Shown: positions 26,520-39,800 of the stretch, in pieces | How positions within the stretch are numbered: position 1 is the stretch's first letter | How the letters are laid out: every line of letters starts with the position of its first letter | Source of the DNA: Mesotaenium endlicherianum | Taxonomy: Eukaryota | Assembly: GCA_009602735.1 (NCBI GenBank) | Contig: WELA01000395.1 | Location: 131,484-195,483, forward strand | Reading direction: 5' to 3' | Length of the DNA stretch: 64,000 nucleotides | Notes under the pieces: model-generated | What the model saw: the letters and a program-made list of their open reading frames with translations, nothing else | The model's database searches: none | Told to the model about the DNA's origin: nothing | Translations under genes and position numbers: made by a program

Positions 26520-26860
26520 TACGTACGTACCCCTGCCATCTCTTCTCGCGTACCCCACAACGTCTCTTCTCGCGTACCCCACGGCGTCTTTCTTTACGTA
26601 CCCCTGCTTGTCTTTTTCCGCGTACCCCAGCGGTCTCTCCTCGCGTACTCCAGGGCGTCTCCCTTCACGAACCCCGGCCATCTCTTCTCGCGTACCCCAG
26701 CGGTCTCTCCTCGCGTACGCCACGCCGTCTCTCTTTACGTACCCCTGCTGTCCCTTCTTGCGTACCCCTTCCATCCCTCCTCGCGTACCCCACGACGTCT
26801 CCCTTCACGTACCCCTCCCATCTCTTCTCGCGTCCCCCACAGTGCCCCTGTGCGTATCTC
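26520..26860. repeat. minisatellite, about 23-bp units (TCTTCTCGCGTACCCCA core)
   Basis: More than ten imperfect copies of (tct/cct)cgcgtaccc or ttacgtaccc in the uL1-AsnRS intergenic region. Confidence 0.85.
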
Positions 26861-27070
26861 ACCGCGCCCTCCCTTCACGAAAGAATACGCTAACTGGTAG
26901 GAACAGGTGGGAACGACTACAAATATTGAGCAAAAAAATCTTTTCTATAAACGTCTCTAAAAGGAGGAAGTGAGTGGAAGTGAGGATCAACCAGAAGTTG
27001 ACCCAGTTGTTAGAAGCGGGTGAAGGATGACCAAGCATGACCGAGTCGTGCCTAATTTCTAGAATTTGCA

Positions 27071-27175
27071 TGGGCCCTGCATGGGCCTGGCCAGACCTGG
27101 CAGGGCTCAGGCCAGCTCAGGCCCACGAGCAGGCCCGTCAAAGCACGTCAAAGCACGTCAAAGCACGTCAAAGCC
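27071..27175 (+). promoter_or_regulatory. putative AsnRS promoter: site II-like TGGGCC/GGCCCA motifs and a 10-bp tandem CGTCAAAGCA repeat carrying CACGTCA
   Basis: TGGGCC at 27071 and 27082, GGCCCA at 27120, and about four copies of the 10-mer from 27136. Lies about 420-520 bp upstream of the ATG at 27590. Confidence 0.4.
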
Positions 27176-27589
27176 CCGTCCCTCTGGTGTAGGAACAACC
27201 AGGAGGAACAACTTGACTTTTGGAAGGGTAATTGAAAGTGAGCAGAGGTGAGCTTCGATTTTAAGTGAACACTCGGAAGTGCTCGGAAGTGCTTCAAGCG
27301 GAAGACTTGGTGGACCAGCAGGAATTCCTATCGTTAAAGGTTCACGCTAAGAAGCGTGGATGTAACTCACACACCCGTTGAAAGAGCGCCACTTGTTGAC
27401 TTTCTTCCTTTTTGTGCTGTTGATAGTGCCGTTAATATACGGTTTACTAAGAAAAACTAAGCACTGGTCAGAAGTTCCTCACAGTGTTGCTTGAGAGAGT
27501 CTCTTCATAACCTCACAGGCAAGCCACGTGTTGGATTTGGGGTCTATATACCCGGCTACATCATACACATTGACTACGTTCTTGCACCA

Positions 27590-30500
27590 ATGGCTTCAGA
27601 AGGGACCTTAGGAGCTCTTCCACAGGAAGTGGATGCCCTTAGTCTGGAGGACGTCACAAAGCTACAAAACAAATATTCCAAAAGAGTCCTTATCAAGCGC
27701 ATTTTGAAGGCGCCAGATGGCGGTCTGTCGCTTGTGGGTGAGAAGATCAACGTGGCAGGATGGGTAAAGAATGGCAGAGAACAGGGAAAGGGCACATTTG
27801 CCTTCTTGGAACTGAATGACGGATCGTGTCCCGGCAATTTGCAGGTGGGTCAGATCTTCCCTTAGCACAGTCAACTTTATTCAGCTGTTCAGCAGAACCT
27901 TTAGTCAACACTAGAATCAGCCTGTCTTAAAAAGAGAGTTGAACGTGTCTGTGACAAAGAAGAAAGAGGAAGGTTCACGCTTTGAGTTTTGATCACATTG
28001 GACCCATCAGACCCTGCGGAGGTATTCTTGAAGCCATGCAATATATGAGAAGGCGATTGGACAATGTACAATACAAGGCACAAGATTACACTGAAGGGTG
28101 TCCCTTTGGAAGAGACTATGGAAACTAGCAACGAGGAATTTGTGCAAAGTACACCACGCAACTTACATCCTGTATTTGCGGTCGGAGCATCACCTAGCCC
28201 CAATGGAGCCTTCAAATTTGGAAAGCTTTCTTGAAAGGACTGCTGTTCCTGCATAGCTCCGCTCGCTCCACGAATACCATCAGACCAGGCCAGGGAGGAG
28301 GGGCGGGGGGGGGGGGGGTGGAGTTAAGGGGGAACGTCATGATTAATGGAGTGGGGCTTTAGATGCGTTATCTTGCTTTGAAGTGTTTCTTCTTCTGGTG
28401 CTGCCTCCTGCTTGCTGAAGAGCTTCAGAAGAGGGTTGCTGAAGCAGGCCCCTGTAATTAGCAAAACAGAGATGCTTGTCGGAAGCGTCAGCAGCAGCAG
28501 AGAAGAAGATGAAGAAGCATGGTAGTCATGTATAACAGATCATATGAGAGTGGCTAGTCTGTCACAACTTGTGCCCTTGACCGAACCTTGATCATGAAGT
28601 TATTATACCTGCTGTTTGGAGTCCGGCAGGAATAAGAAGAGTTAACTTAAGTTCACTGCTTCCATGACAAGTATTTTGCACTGAATGAGTGTGCCAGCAT
28701 GTGGTGAGTGGGCTGGGGGAATTTGACGGGGAAAAGGGAACATCATGTCACGTGCATCGGCAGAGGAACGATTAGGAGTACTACTTCGTAGCAAGAGCTT
28801 CTGCAGAGGGTGATAGTCCTGCTGACCGCTTCGATGCTCCATATGTGCTGAATAGAAGCAGTTGTGGTGTTCACTTCATCTCCTGCTGCAACGACATCTG
28901 GCAGGTCATCATAGACGCACAGGTGGCGCCGCTGGCCACCCTTGTCGCCACCGGGACAAGTGTCATGCTGGAGGGCGCGCTCAAGCGCACGCCCGAAGGC
29001 ACCAAGCAGAGTGTCGAGTTCCGGGCAGAAAAAGTTCTGCACCTCGGCCCGTGCAACGCCAGCACGTACCCCCTGGCGGGCAAGAAACTGTCCCTCGAAT
29101 ATCTGCGCAGTGTCATGCATCTGCGCTCCCGCACCAACACCGTGCGTTCCTCCCCCCCCCTTCTCACTCTTTCCCCTCTACCCTACCCACCCGCAGCCCC
29201 CCCCTCCTTCCTCCTTCTCCTCCTCCTTCTCCTCGCCTTCTCGCGCTCCTTCCCAGTGTCATGCAACAACGTACTCACTCTCCCTCCATCTCATCATCAG
29301 TCTCTCTCACTCTCTCGCTCTCGCTCTCTGTGTGGCTGTCTTCCTCTCTTTGGCGCCTTCTCCCTGACACCTCAACCCCTGGCAAATACGCTCACACAAA
29401 GCGATTGTCATACATGCCCGTCATCTGTCCTGTCTACACCTGCCTACCAACCTCCCCCAGACTCGGCCGTATTGTATGGTACAGTACAGTACAGTACATT
29501 ACAGTACCGTACTGGCCGATCCGATGCGCATGCTTACCTAACACTTGAAACCTTTGGTGCCATTCTGCGCCTCCACCTCTTTCTCCCACTCCTCCTCCTC
29601 CCCCATGCTCCTCCGCAGCCCCTGCTGCTGCTCCTCCTCCTCGTGCAGCTCCTGCTGCTGCTGCTGCTGCAGTTGCGGCGGCTGCTGCTCCAGCTGCGCG
29701 CGCTTCTCTAGCTCTCTCTCCCTCCCTCTCTCCCTCTCTGCTCTCCCTCTCCTCACCTGACATGAAACTGCCTGCTCCTCAAGGGGACTGGTCTATTGTC
29801 CCCTGGGTTTTATTTCTTCCAGGCCGGAGGTGTCCATTTTACCATTGCCTGGATCCGGATGCACCGGAAGACCCTGCGAGAATGCAGAGGCTAAGCAGAG
29901 GCTTAAGCCCTAATCCCCTGGCCTGGCTACCCAGCATGAGGCATTGTTCTGGGGTCTCTTCCTTTGCCGGGTCCTACTGCTGTGAGGGGACTTCGCTGCC
30001 TGACACGCTGCAGGTCCTGCTTTCCCCTCTCTGCTCTTGGTGTTTGTTCCTCTCCTCTCTCTACCACCATCGCCCCATCTTTTTCCCTCCTCTCCGCCTT
30101 GCTCTTGCCCCTCTGCTCGTTCTCCTTGCTTGTCAGAAGCATTACACGGTCTCTTCCTTTCCATCTCCCTCTCATTCCATTCCCCCTTTCTTTGCCTGAG
30201 GAGAGAGAAGGGGGGGTGCCCGAAGGGAGAGGCGGCCGGGGGGGNNNNNNNNNNNNNNNNNNNNNNNAGGGAGAGGCGGCCGGGGGGGGGGAGGGATGAG
30301 CGTAGATAGGTACCCTTATGCAAAAGATTCTGATCCAGCTCTAGCACTCGCACATCCTAGCAGTCCGAAGCATATTACTCGCACTCTCGCCCTCTCACGC
30401 TCGTACGGACCGTACAGAGCTGCACCCGCGGACCTGGTGTAGGAGCACGCTACTATGTTTGTCGTGTTCACACGTGGGCACGCATGTGGATGGCTCCCAC

Positions 30501-33500
30501 ATGTCATGTCGGCGCGCAGATATCGGCTGCGAGGAGACATCTCCACGGGCACGCTTAGACTAGTACGACCGCACGCGTGCTGTGTCCATGCCGGGGGGCT
30601 GGGCGTGCGAACAGCCCCCACATACTGGAGGTGCGAGCTGTGTTCATGCGGGTGGGCAAGCGTGGGGGGGCGAGGGCGGGGGTGCGGGTGCGGGTGCGGG
30701 TGCGGGTGCGGGTGCGGGGGCGCGCAGATATCGGCAGTGGCGCGCATCCGCAACGCGCTGGCGTACGCGACGCACACCTTCTTCCAGCAGCACGGCTTCC
30801 TGTACGTGCACACGCCCATCGTGACCACGTCCGACTGCGAGGGCGCCGGCGAGATGTTCCAGGTAGGTGGGCGCCGCCCTTCTTGCTGCTGCTGGCTGGC
30901 TGGCTGCTGGGTGCTGCTGCTCCCCTCCTTCTCCCTCGTTCTTTCTCTTTCTTTGTGCGTGTGTGTGTGGGTGGGTGGGTGAGTGTGTGCGCGTGTGCGT
31001 GCATGCACGTGTGTGGTTTGGGGCAATTGCGGGGGAGCAGCGNCTAAGATGGCACAAGCACCCAGCATGCTTCTTTCACGCCCGCTTGGCTAATTGTCCC
31101 TCTTCGTCAGCCTCGTCTCCATCTGATCGAAGTAGACAGAACAAGGAACAAGATTCACGCGTGCAAAACATCCACAGCCCCACACGATCCGCAAGGTTAA
31201 GAAAAGAACCGTCGTATTTTGTTTGTTAATGCTCGCAGGTAACGACGCTGTTCTCCGAGGCCGAAAGGCGGGACAAGGAACTGGCCGCCACGCCCCCGCC
31301 CTCCGCGGAGGACGTGGAGGCCGCGCGCGCGCTCGTCACGTCGCGCGGGGACGCTGTGAAGAAGCTCAAGGAGGAGAAGAAGGGCAAGGGCGAAATCAAG
31401 GCGGCCGTCGACCTGCTGAGCCGCGCCAAGGAGGAGTTTTCTCGCGTGGAGGAGCGCTCCAAGATGAAGCCGGGCATCCCGAGGAGGGCGGAGGACGGGG
31501 GCGTGGACTACGCACAGGACTTCTTCGCTCGTCAGGCCTTCCTCACCGTGTCCGGGCAGCTGCAGGTGGGCACTCGAGCGGCGGAGAATTCTTGCGGGCT
31601 CAATCCTGGCTCCTCCCGCTCCCTTTTTCACGCACACGCACACACGCGCACACGCGCACACGCACACACGCGCGCACGGACACAGACACGCACATACGCA
31701 CACACAGGCGTACACACCGTTGCCATCGTTCCTTCCGCCAAGCAAACCTAGTAGGGTTCTGATTTGGGGTCCGGGCTGTTTCCTCCAGCTCAGCCAGTCG
31801 TTTTGCCGGGGGGCTTGTTCGGTTCCCGTCTCTGGTGTAGCTCGTCTAACGGGAGCCTCCCCTGTTGGCATCGGACAGATCCGAGTGGAATGATTTTCTT
31901 GCAAGGCTTATTGCGTCTGACATCTGGAGACTCTTGTTCACGCTCGGGAGAGAGAGTCACGCCGACTCTTTTGGGGAGAAGGGCGCGCCTCTAGTGGATG
32001 GTGCCACCTGGCAGCGCCCTAGGAGTCGGGTGACGTGTGTGAAGTCAGGGTTTAGGGTTTGAGGTGTGGGGTCTGCAGGCATGGTTTAGGGTTTGCACGG
32101 AAGACGTGAAACGTGACGGCGGGGCTCTTTCTTGAGTCTGAGGGGTGTGCTTTGCGAGTGCGCTTACGCACGCGTGCCTAGTTGGAGAGGAGTGGTGACT
32201 CTCGTGTTGCGGCTGCAAGCCCTTGGTAACGTGCTGAGCTGGCGCGCTCAGGAATGAGCATTCTCTGAGGGCTCACTTTGCCTCCGATCAGAATCAGCAC
32301 TTTTCATTAACCTTCTGTCATCTAAAAAGCTGCCTGGAGTGGAGGACCACCACCGCAGCCGCGAGCGGAGCATGGCGTTTGTCTCTCTTTTCTTTTTTCA
32401 CTTGCTCAGTTTGTAAAGGCCATTTTATTTGGAAGTGCTCTTCTCACGCGCCCTGAGCAGATGGCATGTGGAACTTGGACAGAGATGATTATAAGGAATA
32501 AGAATGTATTCGAGGACCAGAACATCAGCCATTGACCCACGAGGAACATAAAAGTCAACCCTCGACTCTTGAGACGCCACGAGAAGAAGAGTCCTCACAA
32601 GTGCTCTGGGGTTTGGCCGGCAACGCGCGTGGCGCCGCCAGGTGGAGACCTACGCGTGCTCGCTCAGCAGCGTGTACACCTTCGGCCCCACCTTCAGGGC
32701 CGAGAACTCGCACACGACGCGCCACTTGGCGGAGTTCTGGATGATCGAGCCCGAGATCGCCTTTGCTGACCTGGAGGTGCGCACCGGGGCCCCCTTCCTC
32801 CCACCCCTCTGTCGCAGTTCACTCTCCTGATCCAAAACAACTTTTCAGAAATGTGTTCCGTCTCTAGCCGCTGCGTGGCTGTTTGGGATCCTCCGGACAT
32901 CGACGTAGAAGCTCCAAAGTAAAGTCTCGTGTGAAACTTTAAAGCGCATCGAGAGTTCCGAAAACCCGCCTGGCCCAGAGCGACAGGGGGGAGCAATGTT
33001 TTCTCTTGTGGCCTTCAACAAACACCTTTGGGCGTCCCGTCTATGCTCCGTACTCTACCGCAGAGGCTACAGGCCCTGGGAAGAGCTCTGCGTGTGGAAA
33101 CGGGGGCTGTGCACGGGCACCGGTCAGAGAGAGGAGAGAGGAGAGAGGGGAGAGGTGCATCACATGCCGACGAGGCTCCAAATGGCATCCTGCCTCCTTC
33201 AGCGCGGGTGTTTGGCGTCGGATTCGCACGTCAAGTTTCCAATCCAGCATACGCAGCGGTGCTTTGGGGGAGATAGGACGTGGCTGACGTTCTCGTGCGG
33301 CAGCTTGCTGTGTGTCGACCGCCAGGTGGCTGCGTCCCTGGCTTTAAGCCCCTCCCCTTTCTGCACGCAGCATTCACGGGCACACTTGCTCACAAGCAGG
33401 CATCTGCATGAGGAGTGAAGCCGTAGGCTGACAGGTGGGGCATCGGGGGTGTGCCACCTCTGGGTGGGACTATGCGCCTCCCCTCCCCCGCACCCACACA

Positions 33501-35122
33501 CACACCCCCGCGGCTCTGGTGAAGGGGCGGCTCTGGTGAAGGGCCTGCTCTTGTTAGCTTGGATAAGATATTTTTTGAAAATATGTATCATGAGAGCACA
33601 TTCGGGTGTTTTGGTCTCGTCAAGCTAGCTAGCGAGGCCCTTCTTCTCGAAGCATTCTCGTATGCTAGCCTCCCCTCCGCTTCAAAGATGGGGCGACCCC
33701 GGGAGCGGAACGGGAGAAAGGGAGAACGAGCACGGCCACATCCGCGTGTTGCCTCACGACACAACACAAAAGCGTTTGCATGAGGGGGCTCTCCCAACTC
33801 CGGCCACGACTCTCACTCACTCAACTCGCATCTCGCTCTTCAGGGATTCCGACGCCCCCTTCTGTAATTAATCCGTTATGGCGGACGGTGCGGAGTGTGG
33901 ACTGCGCGGTCACCCTGGGTAATAAGCACCATCTCCGAATTCGCATGCCCTACCTTCTCTCTCCTCCGCCCTCCCTAACCCCGTTGCCCCCTACTGCCCC
34001 CCCACCNNNNNNNNNNNNNNNNNNNNNNNNNNNNNNNNNNNNNNNNNNNNNNNNNNNNNNNNNNNNNNNNNNNNNNNNNNNNNNNNNNNNNNNNNNNNNN
34101 NNNNNNNNNNNNNNNNNNNNNNNNNNNNNNNNNNNNNNNNNNNNNNNNNNNNNNNNNNNNNNNNNNNNNNNNNNNNNNNNNNNNNNNNNNNNNNNNNNNN
34201 NNNNNNNNNNNNNNNNNNNNNNNNNNNNNNNNNNNNNNNNNNNNNNNNNNNNNNNNNNNNNNNNNNNNNNNNNNNNNNNNNNNNNNNNNNNNNNNNNNNN
34301 NNNNNNNNNNNNNNNNNNNNNNNNNNNNNNNNNNNNNNNNNNNNNNNNNNNNNNNNNNCCCTCCCCTTCCTTCCCGTTCCCCCGTCCCCTTGACCGCGCA
34401 CCCCCCTCTGCGCTCCTCCCTTTGGCTCCCCTCGGGCAATTCTGGGAGCAGGACGACATGAACTGTGCGGAGGACTACGTGCGCTACCTCTGCCAGTGGC
34501 TGCTTGACAACTGCCGCGACGACCTGGAGCTGCTGTCCAAGCTGTACGACAGGGGGTCCGTGGAGCGCCTGGAGATGGTGGCGGCCACGCCGTTCCAGCG
34601 GCTAACGTACTCGGAGGCCATTGAGGTGCTGCTGGCGGTGCCGCCGGCCGACAAGACGTTTGAGAACGCCGTCTCGTGGGGCATCGACCTCGCATCCGAG
34701 CACGAGCGGTGAGGGAGAGGCGCGCGTGTGCGTGTGTGCGCTTGTGTGTGCGCGTGTGCATGTATGTGTGTGTGGATGTGTGTGTGCGTGTGTGCTTGCG
34801 TGGGGGGGGTGCGCCTGCCTTTCTGGTCCGCTTTTGTACAGGTGGAGTGAGCACGCGTCGTGGATGTGCATGGGCTTGTGTGCGCTTGCTTGAATTTATG
34901 GCGTAGGGTCTAGGGTTTGAGGGGTGTGTGCGTTCATGCGCATGTGTGCACGTGCATGTGTGTGCACGTTGTGTGTATGTGCACGATTGCAATAAAAATA
35001 CATACCTGTGTGCATCCCACCTATAAGTCCATACATGCCGCGTGCGGCGGGCGCGGGGTGCGCAGGTACCTGGCAGAGGTGAAGTACAAGAAGCCCGTGA
35101 TTGTGTACAACTATCCCAAGGG

Positions 35123-35157
<35 letters not shown>

Positions 35158-35344
35158 ACAAGACCGTGGCCGCCATGGACGTGCTGGTGCCAGGTGTCGG
35201 CGAGCTTATCGGTGGCAGCCAGAGGGAGGAGCGCATCGACGTGCTTGAGAGGAGGTGGGGGGGGGGCGTCTCCGTATTTCACTTCCCACCCTCCTTCCCT
35301 CTTTCGCTCTCTCGAGTTTCTCTTTGTCTTGCTCTCCAGTTCCA

Positions 35345-35382
<38 letters not shown>

Positions 35383-36192
35383 CGATGACGATAATAGAGG
35401 GTGACGACAACGACGACGACGATAACGACAAAGGGTGGCAGCAGTGATGCTGCCGGTGGGTAGGACTTGTTGTGGTCGTTGCCCGTTTTATTTCCCTTTT
35501 CTCCCCTACTCCTGGGATTTTGGACCCTGTTCAGCGATTTTTGACTTCATATATCGTTGTTTGTACCAATCTTGATGTTCTTGTCCCAATAAATAGTTGT
35601 TCTCAAAACTGTCTTGGCGTTCATGCACCTTTGTTTGAAGGAATGTTTCAATCAAAGCCAGATGTATATGCACTTGTATGTCCCCCCTGCTCTCATGTCA
35701 CCATCCTGCCCTGTCCCCTTCACATTATCTAGATTTATCGGTCAAATAAATAGGAGTAGATAGATGTCGGCTCCAGGGTGCCTGCTCTCATCCTCAAAGC
35801 TAGTACCCTCATCAAAGCCAGAGAGATGACTTTCCCTGATTTGATTCTGCAAAGGTGCCCAGTTGTACTACCTGCCCAGAGGAGGCTGCGTCGTGAGCCC
35901 CTCTCCCTCTCACACCGCAGATCTGGCGATCGCAATTTATTTGCATACGGCGCTCGAGTTTCTGACATTCCACTGCGTCCCTCTGCTTGTGACACTTGTC
36001 ACGTGCAGAATAAAGGAGGTCGATCTGCCCCTGGAGCCGTACGAGTGGTACCTGGACCTCCGCCGGTACGGAACTGTGAAGCATGCGGGGTTCGGGTTAG
36101 GGTTTGAGCGCATGATTCTCTTTGCGACAGGCATCGAGAACATCCGCGACGTCATTCCCTTCCCTAGGTTTCCCGGAAAGGCAGACTTGTAG
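27590..36192 (+). CDS. SYNC1: asparaginyl-tRNA synthetase, plant cytosolic type with WHEP-like insertion, 572 aa
   Basis: Exons 27590-27844, 28905-29141, 30728-30862, 31239-31565, 32642-32776, 34452-34708, 35066-35254 and 36009-36192 (1719 nt) are all GT-AG and in phase. Motifs: OB fold [109 protein letters not shown]. The helical insertion lies in exon 4. Confidence 0.95.
35345..35430. repeat. (GAT)n/(GAC)n trinucleotide microsatellite in an AsnRS intron
   Basis: Visible run gatgatgat... followed by gac/aac variants. Confidence 0.9.
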
Positions 36193-36799
36193 GCGGTACA
36201 TATATTTTAAAAAATGATTAAGGGTTGCGATTCGAGGTGGCTGCAATGGGTAGAGCTTTGGATCAATTGGGAGTAAGCTATGACTTCAGCTCATGATCAT
36301 GGGTATGATTGTGCCCCTAATGTTGGCCATTCTTACTCGAAATGTCAGTTTAAGATCTTCTTCAGATTGGCGTAATGTAGGTTCTATGAGATTCTGAGCT
36401 ACTTTTTCCCCTTCGCGAGAGGTGTTATGATTCATTGAGTCGAGGTTGATGCACAAAACTGAGCTACAAGTGTGTGAACGGTCAACTTAAAACAAGCATT
36501 TTGCACTTGACTTTATGAATCCATATGTTGACATTTTTGAGTTTTTCAAGTCATGATAGTGTAGAGCACTGTCATGACCAAGTCGGACCGGTTTCGTGTC
36601 ATTTGGATAGATTTTGGAGGAGATATTCGTGTTTGAGTTCGCGCCACCTACCGGCCCCTAGTGGAAAGTCCCTAAGGGCCAATTTGTGACTAGACTTGCC
36701 CGAAGGTCACATTTGGGCTATTCGCGACCCCAAAGGAGGCTCTCTTCATGCGCACAAATCTGCAAGCCCCCTAGGACACATTATGCTCACATTTCCATA

Positions 36800-39700
36800 G
36801 TCAAAGTGCACCATATTAGTTACAACTTGGTGCCTGCATTAGCTTCCTCAAGTTACAGAGTCACTTTTGAGGCACAATCTAGGACACATTGGTCAAGGTA
36901 AGCTCAACCAATGAGGAGCTCTTGGCATATTCGTACATCTAGTGATGATTGCTTTGAGTCGTGCCTAGCCTATAAGAGTGCTAGTACAACCTTTGCACAC
37001 AATTTTCAGGAGTAGAGGGGACCAAAAAGTGTGACTCCATGCATTGAATTTGCCCCTAATTCGCCGGTTTCTCAGAAGTATAAAGCTCCAGAGATGTCGC
37101 TAGTGAGCTAGACATCTATTAGAAGTCCTTATTGGCAGATTGTAAGTTACAGAATTATCAGTAAAGTTGACACTTTTATCTATTGTGTTTTCAGGGCCAC
37201 TAGTTTCTCTTGTGAGGAACAATTTGGCCTATCCTAGGTCGGGTAGAACAAGCAGGATTCCAGTCACTTGAAGAACCTTCAAGAGTGGTGAGCAAAGTCA
37301 TAGCTTAAATCCTCGTGGGGACTTCTCTAAGAAGATCATTTCATTGTGCTATCAGTGATCTTATGGGCCATACCTCATCAATTTTTCTATTTGCAATTTT
37401 CAATCTTTAGGTGTTTACTCTGATTAATACAAACTCATTAATAATAATATATAAAACCTGTCTCCCTTTTTATCGTTTTTGCTATAAAGCCTGTGTGTTA
37501 TAGACTTAATTGTAGCAAAGCCTGCTGACTTGACTTGTACCGTTTATATTGCTGATGCAAGCTTGAGCTCTTAACGCACAACGGAGGCATACCAAATGCT
37601 TTATAATAGGGATGAGTGTGGCCGTTTCTCATGTCAGTGGATTCCAATTACTACAATATGGCATAAGGTTCAAATCACAAGCTAAGGCAGACACGTATGT
37701 GGTTGTGCTCAACGTGGTGCTATATTGTGATTCAGATATGAATCTTGTGTGCTGGCTCATACTCACCAGTACGCTTCCTAACTCAGCATGTCACGATTCA
37801 TGAGCGTTCCTAGACGTCCGATTTGCATAATTCATGCAAGTGTGTGGAATTGCTTTAGACCGTCTAGAACCAGCAATAGTGTACGTCAAATTTTCCAACC
37901 ACTTTTTGATACTTTCTATGTTCTAGTTTTGTTTTGCACAGACAAATGTGTAGCTAGTCGATGCAAGTTGTTTCTTCTCGTTTTGGCCGGTTTTCATCTC
38001 AAGGGCCAGGTATGCTCACATTTTCAAGCTAGATATAGACTACACTGAGCGGACCACGACTAGTCAGGCAACAATTTCCTTGATTTCAATCTACTCACAA
38101 TGCACTATTTTATTATTGATTATAAAAAATCCTCATTTACAAAGAAGACAGTTGCCATGACTTTACCAAATCACTTCATGTTTTGTAAGAGTGCTCTTGA
38201 CATAAGATAGGAAGGCTAGGACTCATTTATATCAGATAACTATTTAATTTGCCATACAACGGTCAAGGTGAGATATGATTACCTAACACATGTTAGATGC
38301 TTTTGCTTGCAACCTGTCATTGTGCTTCTAATATTGTATGCTTTATATCTTTGGATTGACGTACAACGATCGTAGGTACGTTTAGACAAAATGCATTCAT
38401 TAAACCTTATCATGTTATGGAATGAGAAGTCATAACAAGGTTCGATGGTACTAACATTCTTCCGAGAGTTCTCTTGTATGTATCGAGATAGATCACCTTT
38501 AGCAACTATCTCTTTAGTGGTCAAAATCCGCAGCCTACTATTTGGCATTGTGTAAACCAAAAAATTGAAGTCAAGGCAACTATTTCATCTCTCGTGTCTT
38601 CAAGTTTTCACGAGTGGTTGTCATGAAGTGCATTTTTTTTAAGCCAGCCGGTTTCTTAACACACTTCCAACACACTTATGAGGAGCAAAGTTACAGCTTA
38701 CTTTCTCTCGCAAGGATTACTCTCCAAGGTCACATCCCGTGCTATCAACGACCTTCTGAGCCTCATCAGTTGTATCACTCTACTATGTGTAGTTTTGTGG
38801 TGCTCACTTCAATTAGCACAACATACCTCTAATAATATTGCATATTTTGTCGTCTATTTATTCACTTAATGATGGTTTTTGTTGCTTCTGCATATTTTCA
38901 TTGCATACTTGGAAGACAATTGCAGCAACGCCATCTAAGGTACTCATATTTTGAAATCTTATGGCCGAGATGTGCATGCCTAACATTATTTAGCACAACT
39001 CAATGTTTCAGGTTTAACATACTTCATTGCCCTTGTTCGAAGCAGGAAAGCAATGTCTATATCTTAAGCAAAGTGATAATTGAGGAAAGAAGTAACCTGA
39101 TCAAGTGCATGCCGAGGCTATTATTAATAGTACTAGTTGGCAATTTGTCCACCCCCAGACTTGCCCAGCTGGGGCAAATGCACATAGTGCAGCTAAGACT
39201 CATACAATATGCTTCAAGTATGTATGAATGTGCCAGGGTAGAGAATTAGCGCCATATAAAGCGCTGGTCTTTTCTTGGTCTACCCCGTTGACTTCAAGTT
39301 ACTAAGTTCAACATACTTTGTTGTTGTCAATGTTGACAAGATTTGAGATGCTTGGTCAACTCAGCAGTTACGGGTTGATGTATAAGGTGGGTCAACTTTT
39401 GCAACTTTTAGGCCAAGAGTGTCATCAAAACAATTAAAAATGTTGACAGGAAATTGCTTCAACATGCATCTGCCAAATGAGTCGCTCTAAACCGCCATTT
39501 TTAATGCACTAAGAATATAATTGGACAATTGTTGCTGCAAGTTGTGATTGTTCATCATTCTAGGAGGACTGTTTGTACTTTGAGTTGAGTTGCTCTAAGT
39601 AATGAGATCAACAAAAATGCGATGCAAAAATGATGTTCAATATTCTTCCTCTGAGGAGTAAAATTCAAACCAAATCTCGCAGCTCACCTTACCAATTTTC

Positions 39701-39800
39701 AATCACACCTTCTATATGCTCCCTAGCTACATATTGTTCAACTTTAACAATACATGCCAAATCACTCCGCCCGGCATGTGGGCCCATTCATCATTAAACT
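36800..39800 (-). mobile_element. heavily decayed Ty3/gypsy-like pol relic (boundaries approximate)
   Basis: AT-rich block with no long ORF. Minus-strand fragments in RT-RNaseH-IN order are reminiscent of pol (IEHH, KNGGL, DQEKTS, FLGL, LTVVWQIK, ETSGPENTIDK). Region 36880-37390 is homologous to 52380-52860, so it is a dispersed repeat. Confidence 0.4.
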
